DNA of 31,661 bases, from IMG/VR virus record IMGVR_UViG_3300020042_005941, positions 1 through 31,661 of that record; one strand, 5' to 3'. The position numbers and the translations under genes were made by a program. This DNA is from a virus (Duplodnaviria > Caudoviricetes). Numbering within the stretch: position 1 is the first letter of the stretch; every line of letters begins with the position of its first letter. The notes beneath the pieces are model-generated. The model saw only the letters and a program-made list of their open reading frames with translations. It was not told where the DNA came from and made no database searches. Positions 7,177 through 15,649 of the stretch are shown here, one piece after another.

Positions 7177-7621
7177 CGGCCAACGCTAGAAGCTGCGCGA
7201 AGTCAGACAACTTCATCAACACTATTCCGTCTGTCGTATCGTCGGGCATAGCAACCATGACGAAAGGCCGGTTGTCTCCTGTAGGTCGCGCCGCTTCTGA
7301 TTGCGCTTGGGCGCTACTAAACCTTGTTTCAATCGGCTTCACTTGCGCTCCGGCTTTTATCTCTACGCGAAGCGCGCCGCCCCAATGCTCCTCATGACGG
7401 CTATTCGCGCCAACCAAACCCAACTTCTTCCTAGCCACGCGCGCCTTGCTGTCTCCCTTCGTTCGGTTCCGCTTGCCCCTAGCTACGGGGTCGCCGCAGC
7501 CTTTGATACGCCGTTTCATATCGCGTGCCGGCCTTCCTAGCGTGCCGAACTTCGGACAATCAGACAGAAGCGCGCAGCGCTCCTGATTGCCCTGACAATA
7601 ACCCTTGCGCTCATCTTCCAT
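7145..7621 (-). CDS. Putative Holliday junction resolvase-like PD-(D/E)XK protein
   Basis: RGKRNRTKG..R, RVEIKAG, RPFVMVAM..GIVLMKLSDF; located after WhiB in the recombination module. Confidence 0.5.
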   Translation of the reverse strand: MEDERKGYCQGNQERCALLSDCPKFGTLGRPARDMKRRIKGCGDPVARGKRNRTKGDSKARVARKKLGLVGANSRHEEHWGGALRVEIKAGAQVKPIETRFSSAQAQSEAARPTGDNRPFVMVAMPDDTTDGIVLMKLSDFAQLLALADDFAEHYGER

Positions 7622-7901
7622 GCTTCGCTCCTTCTACAAATGACCTTCTGTATCGTTCGGCTTGCCGTTCGGCCGGCGTAAGGCCGCCGAACATACCCCA
7701 TTTGTCGTCGTGGCGTTCTATCTCCATAGCAAGCTCCAAACAAGGCTTCCGAACCGGACAGAAAGCACAAACCCTCAACGCCGCTTTCCACCGGTCTTCC
7801 GTTTGGTGCTCCGGAAAGAACACCGTTGTAGCTACTCCGATACAGGCCGCATTTTCGCGCCAATCCAATCCTGCTGTACGGCGTAAATAGTTTTTTATCA
7901 A
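7611..7901 (-). CDS. whiB: WhiB-family Fe-S transcription factor
   Basis: WRENAAC...FFP...VCAFCPVRKPCL...GMFGGLTPAER: four Cys plus a variant of the G(V/I)WGG turn. Confidence 0.93.
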   Translation of the reverse strand: MIKNYLRRTAGLDWRENAACIGVATTVFFPEHQTEDRWKAALRVCAFCPVRKPCLELAMEIERHDDKWGMFGGLTPAERQAERYRRSFVEGAKHGR

Positions 7902-8563
7902 GCTTGACCGCTTGGAAGGTTCATCAAATGGTTGATTGCTGCCGTTGCTTCGCGCTTCGTAAGCTCATTGACGGTTGAAATTTCGCGCTGAATTATGTGC
8001 TTTACAAACTCCGCCGCCGGCGTACCGTTAGCCTTTTCGCGGCATAGCTTCTCAACCAAGCCCAACTGTGCTGCACTCAATAACACTTCCGGCTTGCCGC
8101 TAGGCGTCGGTGTAGCGCGCTGTGCTACGGGTTCAGGTGCATTAGCCGCTGGCGCTAGCTTCGGCCGTGCTGACCCTGCGGGGTGTTCCTGAATACTTGG
8201 TAGCGCTTCTTCGGCGCGACGGTTCCTCACTTCTTCCAAGCTTGCGATCTTCTGCGTGTCCGCAGCTAAGGCCGCAACGATACAACGCCCCCAAGCCGAT
8301 GTTTCGGCGTTCATCACTTCGCTTTCTTTCGTGTACGGCGTCTTACCAACAGACAGTTCCGCTGCCACCGCTATTGCCGGCATAGGGTCGTCAGGCGTGC
8401 GATAACAGGCCGCCGTATAGACGATGAACTCACGGCCGCCAATTTCCATGATCTTGAACGGTTCGGCCGGATTGTAAGGCCGGAGCACCGCGTCAGGGTA
8501 TTTCGCTTTCAACTGTCTAATCCGTTCGGCTACATCTATGTATCCGTCAAGAAAATTGCTCAT
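7898..8563 (-). CDS. Single-strand annealing protein (Rad52/Sak-like)
   Basis: YIDVAERI..YP, NAETSAWGRC, flexible linker and C-terminal helical domain (LTKREA..I..L); paired with the YqaJ exonuclease. Confidence 0.65.
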   Translation of the reverse strand: MSNFLDGYIDVAERIRQLKAKYPDAVLRPYNPAEPFKIMEIGGREFIVYTAACYRTPDDPMPAIAVAAELSVGKTPYTKESEVMNAETSAWGRCIVAALAADTQKIASLEEVRNRRAEEALPSIQEHPAGSARPKLAPAANAPEPVAQRATPTPSGKPEVLLSAAQLGLVEKLCREKANGTPAAEFVKHIIQREISTVNELTKREATAAINHLMNLPSGQA

Positions 8564-8590
8564 TATTGCTCCTTTTGTTTGTTGTTTGTT

Positions 8591-9544
8591 CTAACTCTTG
8601 GTGTGTATCCGCATAACGCGGAACGGATTACCGGCTGATGAATAGTTGTCGTACAGCGTCGGGTTGTCTTCTGCGAACTTCTTGGCGTCAAACGATTTTC
8701 GGCCGGCTTGTTCTTTCCACGAAATGATCTTGTGACCGCCTAGTGTGCCGATTTCGTTGCCAAGCAACATACGCGCCAAAGCGTCTTTAGCGGTGCTAGC
8801 TGCCGCCGAAGCTTCTTTTGATAGGCGGTTAGCGTCTTCCAACATCAGCACATAGTCCAAAGCTTCGCGGGGTAACTCCACCGAAGTGGGTTGAGCTTTG
8901 TAAATCGCGGTGATCTGATCGGCGCTAAACGCCTCAATGTCTTCTTCTGCCGGTAAGCCGCTTTCAATCGCTTCCGCAAAGATTTCAGCTTCCGTTTTGA
9001 GGGCACTAATGGCCGCAGGATTTGACGGCAACGACAAAACGGACAACCGTTGGTTACGGTCAAGCGTTACGAAGATCACCGGAACGCCAATGGCGTATTG
9101 CAGCGCGTAACCCTGCCACACATAGTCTCTCGCGTTCATCAAATCGTCTGTGTCCTGAATTGAGTAGCGGGTCGTTGTCTTCGCTTCAATGCACACCGAA
9201 GGGTTCGTTGGGTCGTCTAGGCCGTCGGGCGACACCGTAAAACGGCCGCGCTGATACATAAGCTTCGGCGTAGCGATCTTGATACCAAGCTGCGCGCTTG
9301 CGTAGGTAATCAACGCCGGTTCTAGGAAGTTACCGCGATCAAACACGGGATTTGAAGGCTCCTCACGCGGTTCGCTGACCTTGTTTGCGAACAAATCGCC
9401 GCGCGTCTTGAACGGTGACGCGTTCATTAGTGCCGGAGCGTCTGACGCGCCAAATACAACGCGGCCTTCCGCGTCGCGGTGCCGCAGCTTTAGCCACGCC
9501 ATGCTCCCGTGCTTAGGCTTCTTGATAGTAACTAAATCGGCCAT
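8591..9544 (-). CDS. YqaJ-like viral recombination exonuclease
   Basis: WLKLR..FGASD..LM..SPFKT, RGNFLEP, SPDG, IEAKT, Q..LQ motifs. Confidence 0.88.
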   Translation of the reverse strand: MADLVTIKKPKHGSMAWLKLRHRDAEGRVVFGASDAPALMNASPFKTRGDLFANKVSEPREEPSNPVFDRGNFLEPALITYASAQLGIKIATPKLMYQRGRFTVSPDGLDDPTNPSVCIEAKTTTRYSIQDTDDLMNARDYVWQGYALQYAIGVPVIFVTLDRNQRLSVLSLPSNPAAISALKTEAEIFAEAIESGLPAEEDIEAFSADQITAIYKAQPTSVELPREALDYVLMLEDANRLSKEASAAASTAKDALARMLLGNEIGTLGGHKIISWKEQAGRKSFDAKKFAEDNPTLYDNYSSAGNPFRVMRIHTKS

Positions 9545-9589
9545 GCCAATCCCTTCGTTTGTTGTTGTCTTAGTTCTAGTTAGGGGGTG

Positions 9590-9865
9590 CTATACAGTTT
9601 CACGGCGCTTTACTTCTTCCAAAAGCTGCGCGCTAGAAGCCAACATCGCGATCGCTTCCGGTGCCGTGTAGCCGATATTGCTCCAAGCGTCGCCTATGGG
9701 TGTCCGCTTTTCGTGCACACCGTCGCTCCAATAGACGGCATAGCTATGAAATTGACTACCGGTTCGGAGCTGCCATTTGTATCCTTCCGGCGGGGTTATC
9801 CCTACGGCTTCGGCCGCAGCTACGAAGCGGTCAAACTGTTGTTGTGCTTTCTGACGGTTGTTCAT
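9590..9865 (-). CDS. Hypothetical protein (start MNNRQ)
   Basis: AAGGAG RBS and ATGA overlap with the upstream ORF. Confidence 0.65.
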   Translation of the reverse strand: MNNRQKAQQQFDRFVAAAEAVGITPPEGYKWQLRTGSQFHSYAVYWSDGVHEKRTPIGDAWSNIGYTAPEAIAMLASSAQLLEEVKRRETV

Positions 9866-10152
9866 TTGGTTGTCTCCTTTTCTTTCCCGTTTCCATTGCA
9901 TGAATAACAAACCCCGACGGCGCCGCCGCTGTAAAAGTATTTCCCCGTGCCTTCGCAATTAGGGCATTGTCCGTCAATAGACGGTCTGCCGCTAAGCGGT
10001 AAGAATTGCCTTTGGATAGCTTTCTGTTCTATCGGTAGGCAAGTAGCACAAACCAAATAATCACCGGTCATCATGCCGGTTCCCAGTTGATATGCCGGTA
10101 CATATTCGGTGCCGTCTTCGCGGCGACAATTTCCGCATTTGACCGCGCTCAT
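9862..10152 (-). CDS. Zn-finger protein with DnaJ-like CxxCxGxG repeats
   Basis: CGNC, CATC, CPNCEGTG, CYSCNGNG. Confidence 0.7.
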   Translation of the reverse strand: MSAVKCGNCRREDGTEYVPAYQLGTGMMTGDYLVCATCLPIEQKAIQRQFLPLSGRPSIDGQCPNCEGTGKYFYSGGAVGVCYSCNGNGKEKETTK

Positions 10153-10499
10153 TACGCTTCCTTTGTGATCGTTGTTGTAGGCATACCGCCAACCTTCGTG
10201 TAAGTGGTGACGATCTTGAAACCCTGCTCCTCAACTTGCTTGATGACGGTCTTCTTCGTAGCCCGCGCAGACATACCCAAGCCGAAGAACTCCTGTCCCA
10301 TGTCCTTCCAAGCTTCTTGGTAATGGTTGGCGTCGCTAATTAGGTCAATTACATCGTCTATAGCTAACAAAACCGTGTAATGGGTCTTTGTTTTCTTGAT
10401 CGTGTATTCGGCCGGCGTGCCGGAGTATTCAACCAAATGGCGGCCTTCGTGATCTTCCCAAAAACAGTGCCCGATCGTTAGCTTGATTTTGTCGGTCAT
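10152..10499 (-). CDS. Hypothetical protein
   Basis: 115 aa ORF, AAGGGG RBS, coupled to neighbours. Confidence 0.7.
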   Translation of the reverse strand: MTDKIKLTIGHCFWEDHEGRHLVEYSGTPAEYTIKKTKTHYTVLLAIDDVIDLISDANHYQEAWKDMGQEFFGLGMSARATKKTVIKQVEEQGFKIVTTYTKVGGMPTTTITKEA

Positions 10500-10618
10500 T
10501 TCGTTTCCCCTTTCGTCTTGTTTAGTGTTGCTGTGTATAGCTCTTGGATACGCTTTTCAGCGTCGCTTACGGCCGCCGCGCGGCGCTTCTGCCGTTGTTC
10601 TAGCGTCTTGTTGCTCAT
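10496..10618 (-). CDS. Small basic hypothetical protein, 40 aa (not in ORF track)
   Basis: MSNKTLEQRQKRRAAAVSDAEKRIQELYTATLNKTKGETK; AAGGGG RBS; first ORF after the promoter; ATGA overlap. Confidence 0.6.
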   Translation of the reverse strand: MSNKTLEQRQKRRAAAVSDAEKRIQELYTATLNKTKGETK

Positions 10619-10631
10619 CTTTCCCCTTTTC

Positions 10632-10693
10632 TATTGAGTGCCCCTTGCTCCCAATAACTAAATCATAGCCGAAACCGACGAAGAAAGCAAGTA
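10632..10693 (-). promoter_or_regulatory. Sigma70/HrdB-type early promoter plus conserved leader hairpin (copy 1)
   Basis: TTGCTT-17 nt-TATGAT (10690-10662), then ttagttattgggagcaaggggcactcaata. Confidence 0.75.
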
Positions 10694-10789
10694 CCTAAAC
10701 GACGGCATACCCGATAAACGCCAAAATATGGGTCAGATCGCCACGAAGTAGTGGCTAGAAAACTTTACGAAAAATAAAAAAAAATCTTT

Positions 10790-10828
10790 TCAAGCAAACC
10801 GCGCCGAAGCGTTCAAGCTCCGGCGCGG
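10790..10828 (-). terminator. Intrinsic terminator ending the late/lysis transcript
   Basis: ccgcgccggagc-ttgaac-gcttcggcgcgg hairpin followed by tttgctt and a T-rich tract, just after the stop at 10836. Confidence 0.7.
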
Positions 10829-10835
10829 CTCACTC

Positions 10836-11108
10836 TTACACAGCCGCAGAAGGGTACGGGGTGCCCTCAGAAATTACCCTAAGTGATTGCACCATTGCTA
10901 CAGGCACCGCCAAAACGCTATCCAACGCCCCAAAGCTATTAGACGATTGAGCTATCACGACATGATTTTTTTTCGCTGCGGGTAGCAATATTCCGCAAGT
11001 AACCACCACCGCCGGTTCTTGATCTAGGTCTTCCAAAGTAATCCAGTTATTTGTGTCTGAGTGAGCGTCGTGCCAAATGCACTCTACGAAGGTCAGCGCC
11101 TCGCTCAT
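10836..11108 (-). CDS. Hypothetical protein (WxDA, Sm/SH3-like small beta protein)
   Basis: VECIWHDAHS...TCGILL...VVIAQS...VPVAMVQS pattern seen in small phage proteins. Confidence 0.7.
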   Translation of the reverse strand: MSEALTFVECIWHDAHSDTNNWITLEDLDQEPAVVVTCGILLPAAKKNHVVIAQSSNSFGALDSVLAVPVAMVQSLRVISEGTPYPSAAV

Positions 11109-11111
11109 AAA

Positions 11112-11324
11112 TCACCAAGTTTCCGTATGCTCATAAACGGCTGTATGGATTGCGTGTAACGGATTAGGACAACCAATCAAAGCTGTAGCTCCGTTCGCGA
11201 AACAATCTTCACAAATGTAATGCTCCTCAAACAGTTCGGACAAACCGCGCCAAAACTTTGCCAAGCTTCGCCAACAGTCGCGTTCCCTGATAAGTAGTTC
11301 AACTTCCTGCGGGGTCATCTTCAC
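11112..11324 (-). CDS. Hypothetical protein
   Basis: 70 aa ORF with a GTGA overlap; Cys/His-rich C-terminus. Confidence 0.55.
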   Translation of the reverse strand: MKMTPQEVELLIRERDCWRSLAKFWRGLSELFEEHYICEDCFANGATALIGCPNPLHAIHTAVYEHTETW

Positions 11325-12382
11325 CAGCCTTCCTTCTTTCTATCCTGTACGAATACCGGCGCCTGAATAGTGATGTTTCGTTCCGGCGTAACGATCGCCA
11401 AAGCTTGCTGAGGTTGCTCAAAGCCAAAGTTGGAAATCATGGCATATTCGTCATAACCCTTTAGTGACCCGTTGATAATCATGGACGGCGTTGAAATGTA
11501 TTGGTGCCAATGCCCTAGCCAAAGCGTTCGGAAGTTGTTACCGGTCGCAAGATACTTTGAGGCCTTTCGTGCGCGCATACGCATGATTGGCGGATAAATC
11601 CCACCGATACCGCCACCGCCGCTTACCTGATCGCCGTGCGTCATTAGGTGCCCGTGATCGTAAATCTGAAAGTAGGCGTCAGCGCTCATCGGAATATTGA
11701 AAGTCACGCGCTTGTCTTTCGCGAAGTGCCGTTCAACCATTTTCGCAAGTAGCCAGTCAAAGTTGGTAACTACACGCATTTTCATACGCGGCTTTCGCGA
11801 AGTGCGGCCGTGATTACCGACAACGCTCACGCAATAGCATTTTCCAAACTCCGTCGTCAGTAGCTCTATCGCTGCCGCGATCTGCTCCGACCAATACAGG
11901 CAGCTTTCCAACATACCAACTTCGTTGGTTTCCTTTAGTTCTTCGTGGATATCGCCGCTGAAAATATCGCCACCAAGCAATACAACAACGCCGTCATATT
12001 TGATACCGGCGAGATAATGCCGCGCAAGCTTGACGACATTTTGCGTCCACTTCTCCAACCTCATGCGCGCAATTTCGCGGTTGTAAGCGTTCAAGCCTTC
12101 CATTTCCGAAGGGTCAACGATTTCGTCAAAGTGGGTATCGGACAGCATAACTACCAATGTCGCTGCGCTTGTCTTCGGCTTGACCGGAACTAGCCAAGAC
12201 GGCGGTTGTAGTGCCGTTCCTTCTGCCTGTTCAATGATTGCGATAGTTCGCCGTGCTTCGTCTAGCTTGTCGGCAAGCTTTACAAGCTCTATACGCGCGC
12301 TGTCGCGCTCACGCTTTACACGAATTAGATCGGTGAAATTAGTTGCCGTGTTTTCGGCGTTGATATCGTCAGCCAATGTCAT
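11321..12382 (-). CDS. Calcineurin-like metallophosphoesterase with N-terminal coiled coil
   Basis: SDTH, GGD, GNHG, HGD and GHWH motifs. Confidence 0.9.
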   Translation of the reverse strand: MTLADDINAENTATNFTDLIRVKRERDSARIELVKLADKLDEARRTIAIIEQAEGTALQPPSWLVPVKPKTSAATLVVMLSDTHFDEIVDPSEMEGLNAYNREIARMRLEKWTQNVVKLARHYLAGIKYDGVVVLLGGDIFSGDIHEELKETNEVGMLESCLYWSEQIAAAIELLTTEFGKCYCVSVVGNHGRTSRKPRMKMRVVTNFDWLLAKMVERHFAKDKRVTFNIPMSADAYFQIYDHGHLMTHGDQVSGGGGIGGIYPPIMRMRARKASKYLATGNNFRTLWLGHWHQYISTPSMIINGSLKGYDEYAMISNFGFEQPQQALAIVTPERNITIQAPVFVQDRKKEGW

Positions 12383-12611
12383 TTATGTACTCCCCGCGAC
12401 GGTAAGCCGTGATGTGCGCTGCCCTGACTAACGGGTAGCCGTTCTTTTGTAGTGCGCGTGCGATAGAAGCCGCCGAAATAGAAAGATCATTGAGCGCTGC
12501 TGTTAGGTCTTCTTTGTCTTCCGGTTTCATGGAAAGCAAAGTGATAGCCAAAATAGATTTACGGCCTAGTGTTGTGCTTTCTTGACTGATCGCTTTCAAT
12601 AACTTGCCCAT
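12369..12611 (-). CDS. Small hypothetical protein, possible HTH
   Basis: SAASIARALQKNGY..ITAYRRG; overlaps the phosphoesterase start. Confidence 0.6.
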   Translation of the reverse strand: MGKLLKAISQESTTLGRKSILAITLLSMKPEDKEDLTAALNDLSISAASIARALQKNGYPLVRAAHITAYRRGEYINDIG

Positions 12612-12816
12612 TGTTTAGCCCTTCCGCATGGTGCATGATGTGTTTGTCTATCTTATCTCCAACGCCGTTCACGGCGCGATAAATAAACTTGAGTTGAGCT
12701 TGAACCGTAGCATGATCTGAACGGTTTTCCTTACGCAAGCCCTGAACTAATGCAGCTAACACGCCGCCCACCGCGAGAATAACGGCCGCGACAATAGAAG
12801 CTACAGCCGCGTTCAT
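12559..12816 (-). CDS. Membrane protein of the lysis cassette (holin-like)
   Basis: One N-terminal TM helix followed by a coiled region (ENRSDH..V...DKIDKHI); follows the endolysin. Confidence 0.6.
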   Translation of the reverse strand: MNAAVASIVAAVILAVGGVLAALVQGLRKENRSDHATVQAQLKFIYRAVNGVGDKIDKHIMHHAEGLNNGQVIESDQSRKHNTRP

Positions 12817-12825
12817 GGTCTGCCG

Positions 12826-13317
12826 TTACGCCGGAAAGATTTGAGCAAAAGCTTCAATGACGCGTTTAGGGTCATCAGCCATAGCCGGCGAAAGTTCCAC
12901 ATGGAGCCAGTCTCCGTTGGGTGCTCCGTGAATTTCAACCTTCGTGTAGTTCTTCCAACCGGTTTCGCGATCACAGCGCCAGCCCCTTCCGAACGGTTGC
13001 GGGAAATAATCTAAAATACACTCTACGCCCAACAGGTCGGCGTTCTTCGTCAAAATATCGCACCACTCAACGGCGGTCTTTCGCGGGGTAACTCCGCCGC
13101 GCTTGCCGTCTTTCATGTTTCGGTAGCTCAAATCCATTGCGCGGCCTGTCGCGTGAGTGCTCATCGTTGTGCCCCCGCGTTTCGCCCTGTTGCCGAAAGT
13201 GCCGTTGTTCCAAAGCTTGTTGCCGGAGTGTTTGATACAAAGCTCAACAAACTTTTCTGTACCGGCACGCTTGCCGGCCGCTAAACCGTCGTCAATGCCG
13301 GTGTAGTGCCGCTTCAC
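12826..13317 (-). CDS. Endolysin, peptidase M15-like (Zn)
   Basis: R..MSTHATGRAMDL and DWLHVE motifs of the Hedgehog/DD-peptidase fold. Confidence 0.8.
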   Translation of the reverse strand: MKRHYTGIDDGLAAGKRAGTEKFVELCIKHSGNKLWNNGTFGNRAKRGGTTMSTHATGRAMDLSYRNMKDGKRGGVTPRKTAVEWCDILTKNADLLGVECILDYFPQPFGRGWRCDRETGWKNYTKVEIHGAPNGDWLHVELSPAMADDPKRVIEAFAQIFPA

Positions 13318-13583
13318 TTCTTCGCTGCGGCTTTCTTGACCGGTGCTTTCTTCTTTGCGGCAACAACTTTGACCGGCTTGCCGTCGGCAGCATTAGAACC
13401 GAAGAACGAAGCCAATTCAGGGTCGCCAATGCGTGTAGAAGCCCAAGCCAAAAGGCCGCCAATTACCGGTAAAGCCATAGCAATCAGCGCAGGGTCGGTG
13501 TTCGCTTTCATTAGAAGATAGGTCACAATGCCTAACACGCCAGCCTTGCTAGCTTGATCTGTTGTTTGGCTACGGTTATTCAT
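13314..13583 (-). CDS. Putative holin
   Basis: Two hydrophobic helices and a Lys/Ala-rich basic tail; immediately before the endolysin. Confidence 0.6.
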   Translation of the reverse strand: MNNRSQTTDQASKAGVLGIVTYLLMKANTDPALIAMALPVIGGLLAWASTRIGDPELASFFGSNAADGKPVKVVAAKKKAPVKKAAAKK

Positions 13584-13749
13584 CGTTGTCGCCTTTCTTT
13601 AGAAATGTTGCCACCGAATGTATCACGATCGTCAGACAAGTTATCCACAAGGCTTGCTTCAAGGTAGTGCCCGAAAGGGTCAGCAAAACCAAGCCCGTGC
13701 CAGCCCATACCCAAGCGTTATCCAAAAAGTAGTCGTGTAATTTTTTCAT
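13576..13749 (-). CDS. Small 2-TM membrane protein, 57 aa (not in ORF track)
   Basis: MKKLHDYFLDNAWVWAGTGLVLLTLSGTTLKQALWITCLTIVIHSVATFLKKGDNDE; ATGA-coupled to the PA14 gene. Confidence 0.7.
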   Translation of the reverse strand: MKKLHDYFLDNAWVWAGTGLVLLTLSGTTLKQALWITCLTIVIHSVATFLKKGDNDE

Positions 13750-15140
13750 CTGCTCCGCCTTACCGCCGGCGACGGCATAGCCACTAAAATCGTCGTGCCA
13801 ACAATAATAGTACGGCGAACCGCTACGGATACATTGGAACCAATCGGAATATAGGCGCTGAAACCGTCGTTCCCGAATATGTTTAGGTTGTCCTCAAAGG
13901 CTTCGCGTACTTCCTGCGGCGCGTCTTGTACTACTTCCGCGATAAGTTCCGCCATGCTTTCGGTCAGCTGCGCGGGTTCAATCTCTTGGAAAAGGGTTTG
14001 GGCTTGCTCTCCGGTTAGAACCTCAATCACGGCCGGCGAAGTAGCTAACGCTTCCGCCTGATCGGAAGATAGGTCAGCGGTCAATAGGTCTTCCACGATC
14101 GCTTTGACTTCTTCCGGCGTGCCGGTGCTAAGTGCTTCTAAAGCGTTAGTGAAATCGGCTTCTGTAATGGCTTCTGCCGGCACAATTTCGGGTAACGGCT
14201 CCGTTGTAGGGGTAGTCGTTTCCGGTGTCTCTACGGAGCTTGTAGGTGGCTCTACGGGCACGCTATCGGCCGGCGGGTCGGTAGTTTCCGGCAAGTAAAG
14301 CGTCACCGGCGGAGCTTCCGTTGTAGTAGTGGGTTCTTCGGTTGTTGTAGTCGGTTCCGGTTCGGTCGTTGTAGTCACCGGAGTAGGTACCGCCGGAGCT
14401 GCCGTTGTCGTGGTTGTAGTCGTCGTGGTTGTAGTCGTCGTGGTTGTAGTCGTCGCGGTTGTAGTCGTCGTTGTCGTTTCCGGCGGTAGCGTCGTCGTTG
14501 ATGTTTGACCTATTGTGGGATTTACTAAAACTGTCGTTGATTGCCCTATCGTCGTCGTGGTGGGTTGCTCTGTCGTGGTGGGCGCTAGGGTCGTGGTGGG
14601 TGCATATGTACCGTCAAAAGCGCTAGCCGGCACGATCTCCCATTGGTTATCTACTAGCCACCAAGTTTGTAGCCAAGCTCCGCCGCCGTTTTCGTAAAAC
14701 CATAAAGCGATCGGCTTCGGTTCCCCCGCAATAAACATGATTGGCGCGCTAATGCTTCCGCCGCCGCCCTTGTCGTACCAGTCATCAACGACAAGCTGCC
14801 CGTCAATATAAAGCCTCACGCCGTCATCGGCCTGCGGCATAAACTCCAAGAACCCCGTGACCGGTGCCGTTATATAGCCGTCATATTTGACGACAAAATC
14901 TTCCGTCAAGCCGCACAAAGGGTCTTCGTCAAAATAGTGCTCTAGGTCGGTCGCGGAAATAGTGCACGCGATCGGCGTTGTAGGCGGCAGCGGCGGAGCG
15001 TTGTTGTAGAAGTTATCCGGCGTGGAGTTATCAAAAACCGTAACGGCTAAACCGGTTGAAGCTTCTAAAGCGCCCAACGGCGAAGCCGTAAAAGCGAACA
15101 GCGCGACAGGTGCAAAGATTATCCATTTGTTAGTCCACAT
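13746..15140 (-). CDS. Surface protein: signal peptide, PA14 domain, Thr/Pro-rich stalk, acidic helical domain, hydrophobic C-terminus
   Basis: DFVVKYDGYITAP, ADDGVRLYIDGQLVVDDW, FYENGGGAWLQ and IVPASAF are PA14 signatures. Confidence 0.85.
   Translation of the reverse strand: MWTNKWIIFAPVALFAFTASPLGALEASTGLAVTVFDNSTPDNFYNNAPPLPPTTPIACTISATDLEHYFDEDPLCGLTEDFVVKYDGYITAPVTGFLEFMPQADDGVRLYIDGQLVVDDWYDKGGGGSISAPIMFIAGEPKPIALWFYENGGGAWLQTWWLVDNQWEIVPASAFDGTYAPTTTLAPTTTEQPTTTTIGQSTTVLVNPTIGQTSTTTLPPETTTTTTTATTTTTTTTTTTTTTTTTAAPAVPTPVTTTTEPEPTTTTEEPTTTTEAPPVTLYLPETTDPPADSVPVEPPTSSVETPETTTPTTEPLPEIVPAEAITEADFTNALEALSTGTPEEVKAIVEDLLTADLSSDQAEALATSPAVIEVLTGEQAQTLFQEIEPAQLTESMAELIAEVVQDAPQEVREAFEDNLNIFGNDGFSAYIPIGSNVSVAVRRTIIVGTTILVAMPSPAVRRSR
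14407..14466. repeat. 15-bp tandem repeat x4 encoding poly-Thr
   Basis: gtcgtggttgtagtc three times plus one copy with a single mismatch. Confidence 0.9.
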
Positions 15141-15649
15141 AAATCCTCAAACAATCCGACGGCTTCGGGGAATAAACCGTTGGAGCTTATCTCTTGTTGG
15201 ATTACAGGATAATTTGACTTGTCTTCGTTAGCCCAAACAAAATCGGTTTCGCTTCTCATCGCGGCAGCCAAAGTGTCGTTACTTGAAAAAAATGATCGGG
15301 CTAACCCGTAAAAGCTGCAAAGATTATTCAACTCACCAAGCGGATTAGCTATCAAACGGTCAAACCGGATAGCCGGAATTTGTTTTAGCTTGATTATTTT
15401 TTGGTACGCGACATACCACTCCAATACCTTTTCGGCGCGATCGGTTCGTTGATCTCCGGTCGTTGCTATCCAAGAAGAAACGCTATCCAAAGGGTGACGG
15501 ACAATCGTTACAGGGTTCGGCTTGTTATCCCAATCGCTAATTCTATGAGACAACCAATCGCAGCGAACGCCTATCAGCGCGGTTTGTACTAAGTGTTGGA
15601 AATAATGATTACCCGATCGCGCGAACGCCCCAAGCGTTATCGTGTCCAC
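15119..15649 (-). CDS. Sulfotransferase-like protein
   Basis: GAFARSGNHYF (5'-PSB-like loop), IVRHPLDSVSSW (3'-PB motif), IRFDRLIANP. Confidence 0.7.
   Translation of the reverse strand: MDTITLGAFARSGNHYFQHLVQTALIGVRCDWLSHRISDWDNKPNPVTIVRHPLDSVSSWIATTGDQRTDRAEKVLEWYVAYQKIIKLKQIPAIRFDRLIANPLGELNNLCSFYGLARSFFSSNDTLAAAMRSETDFVWANEDKSNYPVIQQEISSNGLFPEAVGLFEDLCGLTNG

Noticed and set aside
4031-10618. Lysogeny module (integrase/repressor)
   Set aside because: No tyrosine or serine recombinase motifs and no divergent repressor gene were recognised. Lifestyle remains unproven because a short segment is missing.
14407-14466. Tandem repeats as a CRISPR array
   Set aside because: There are no spacers; the repeats are in-frame poly-Thr codons; no cas genes.
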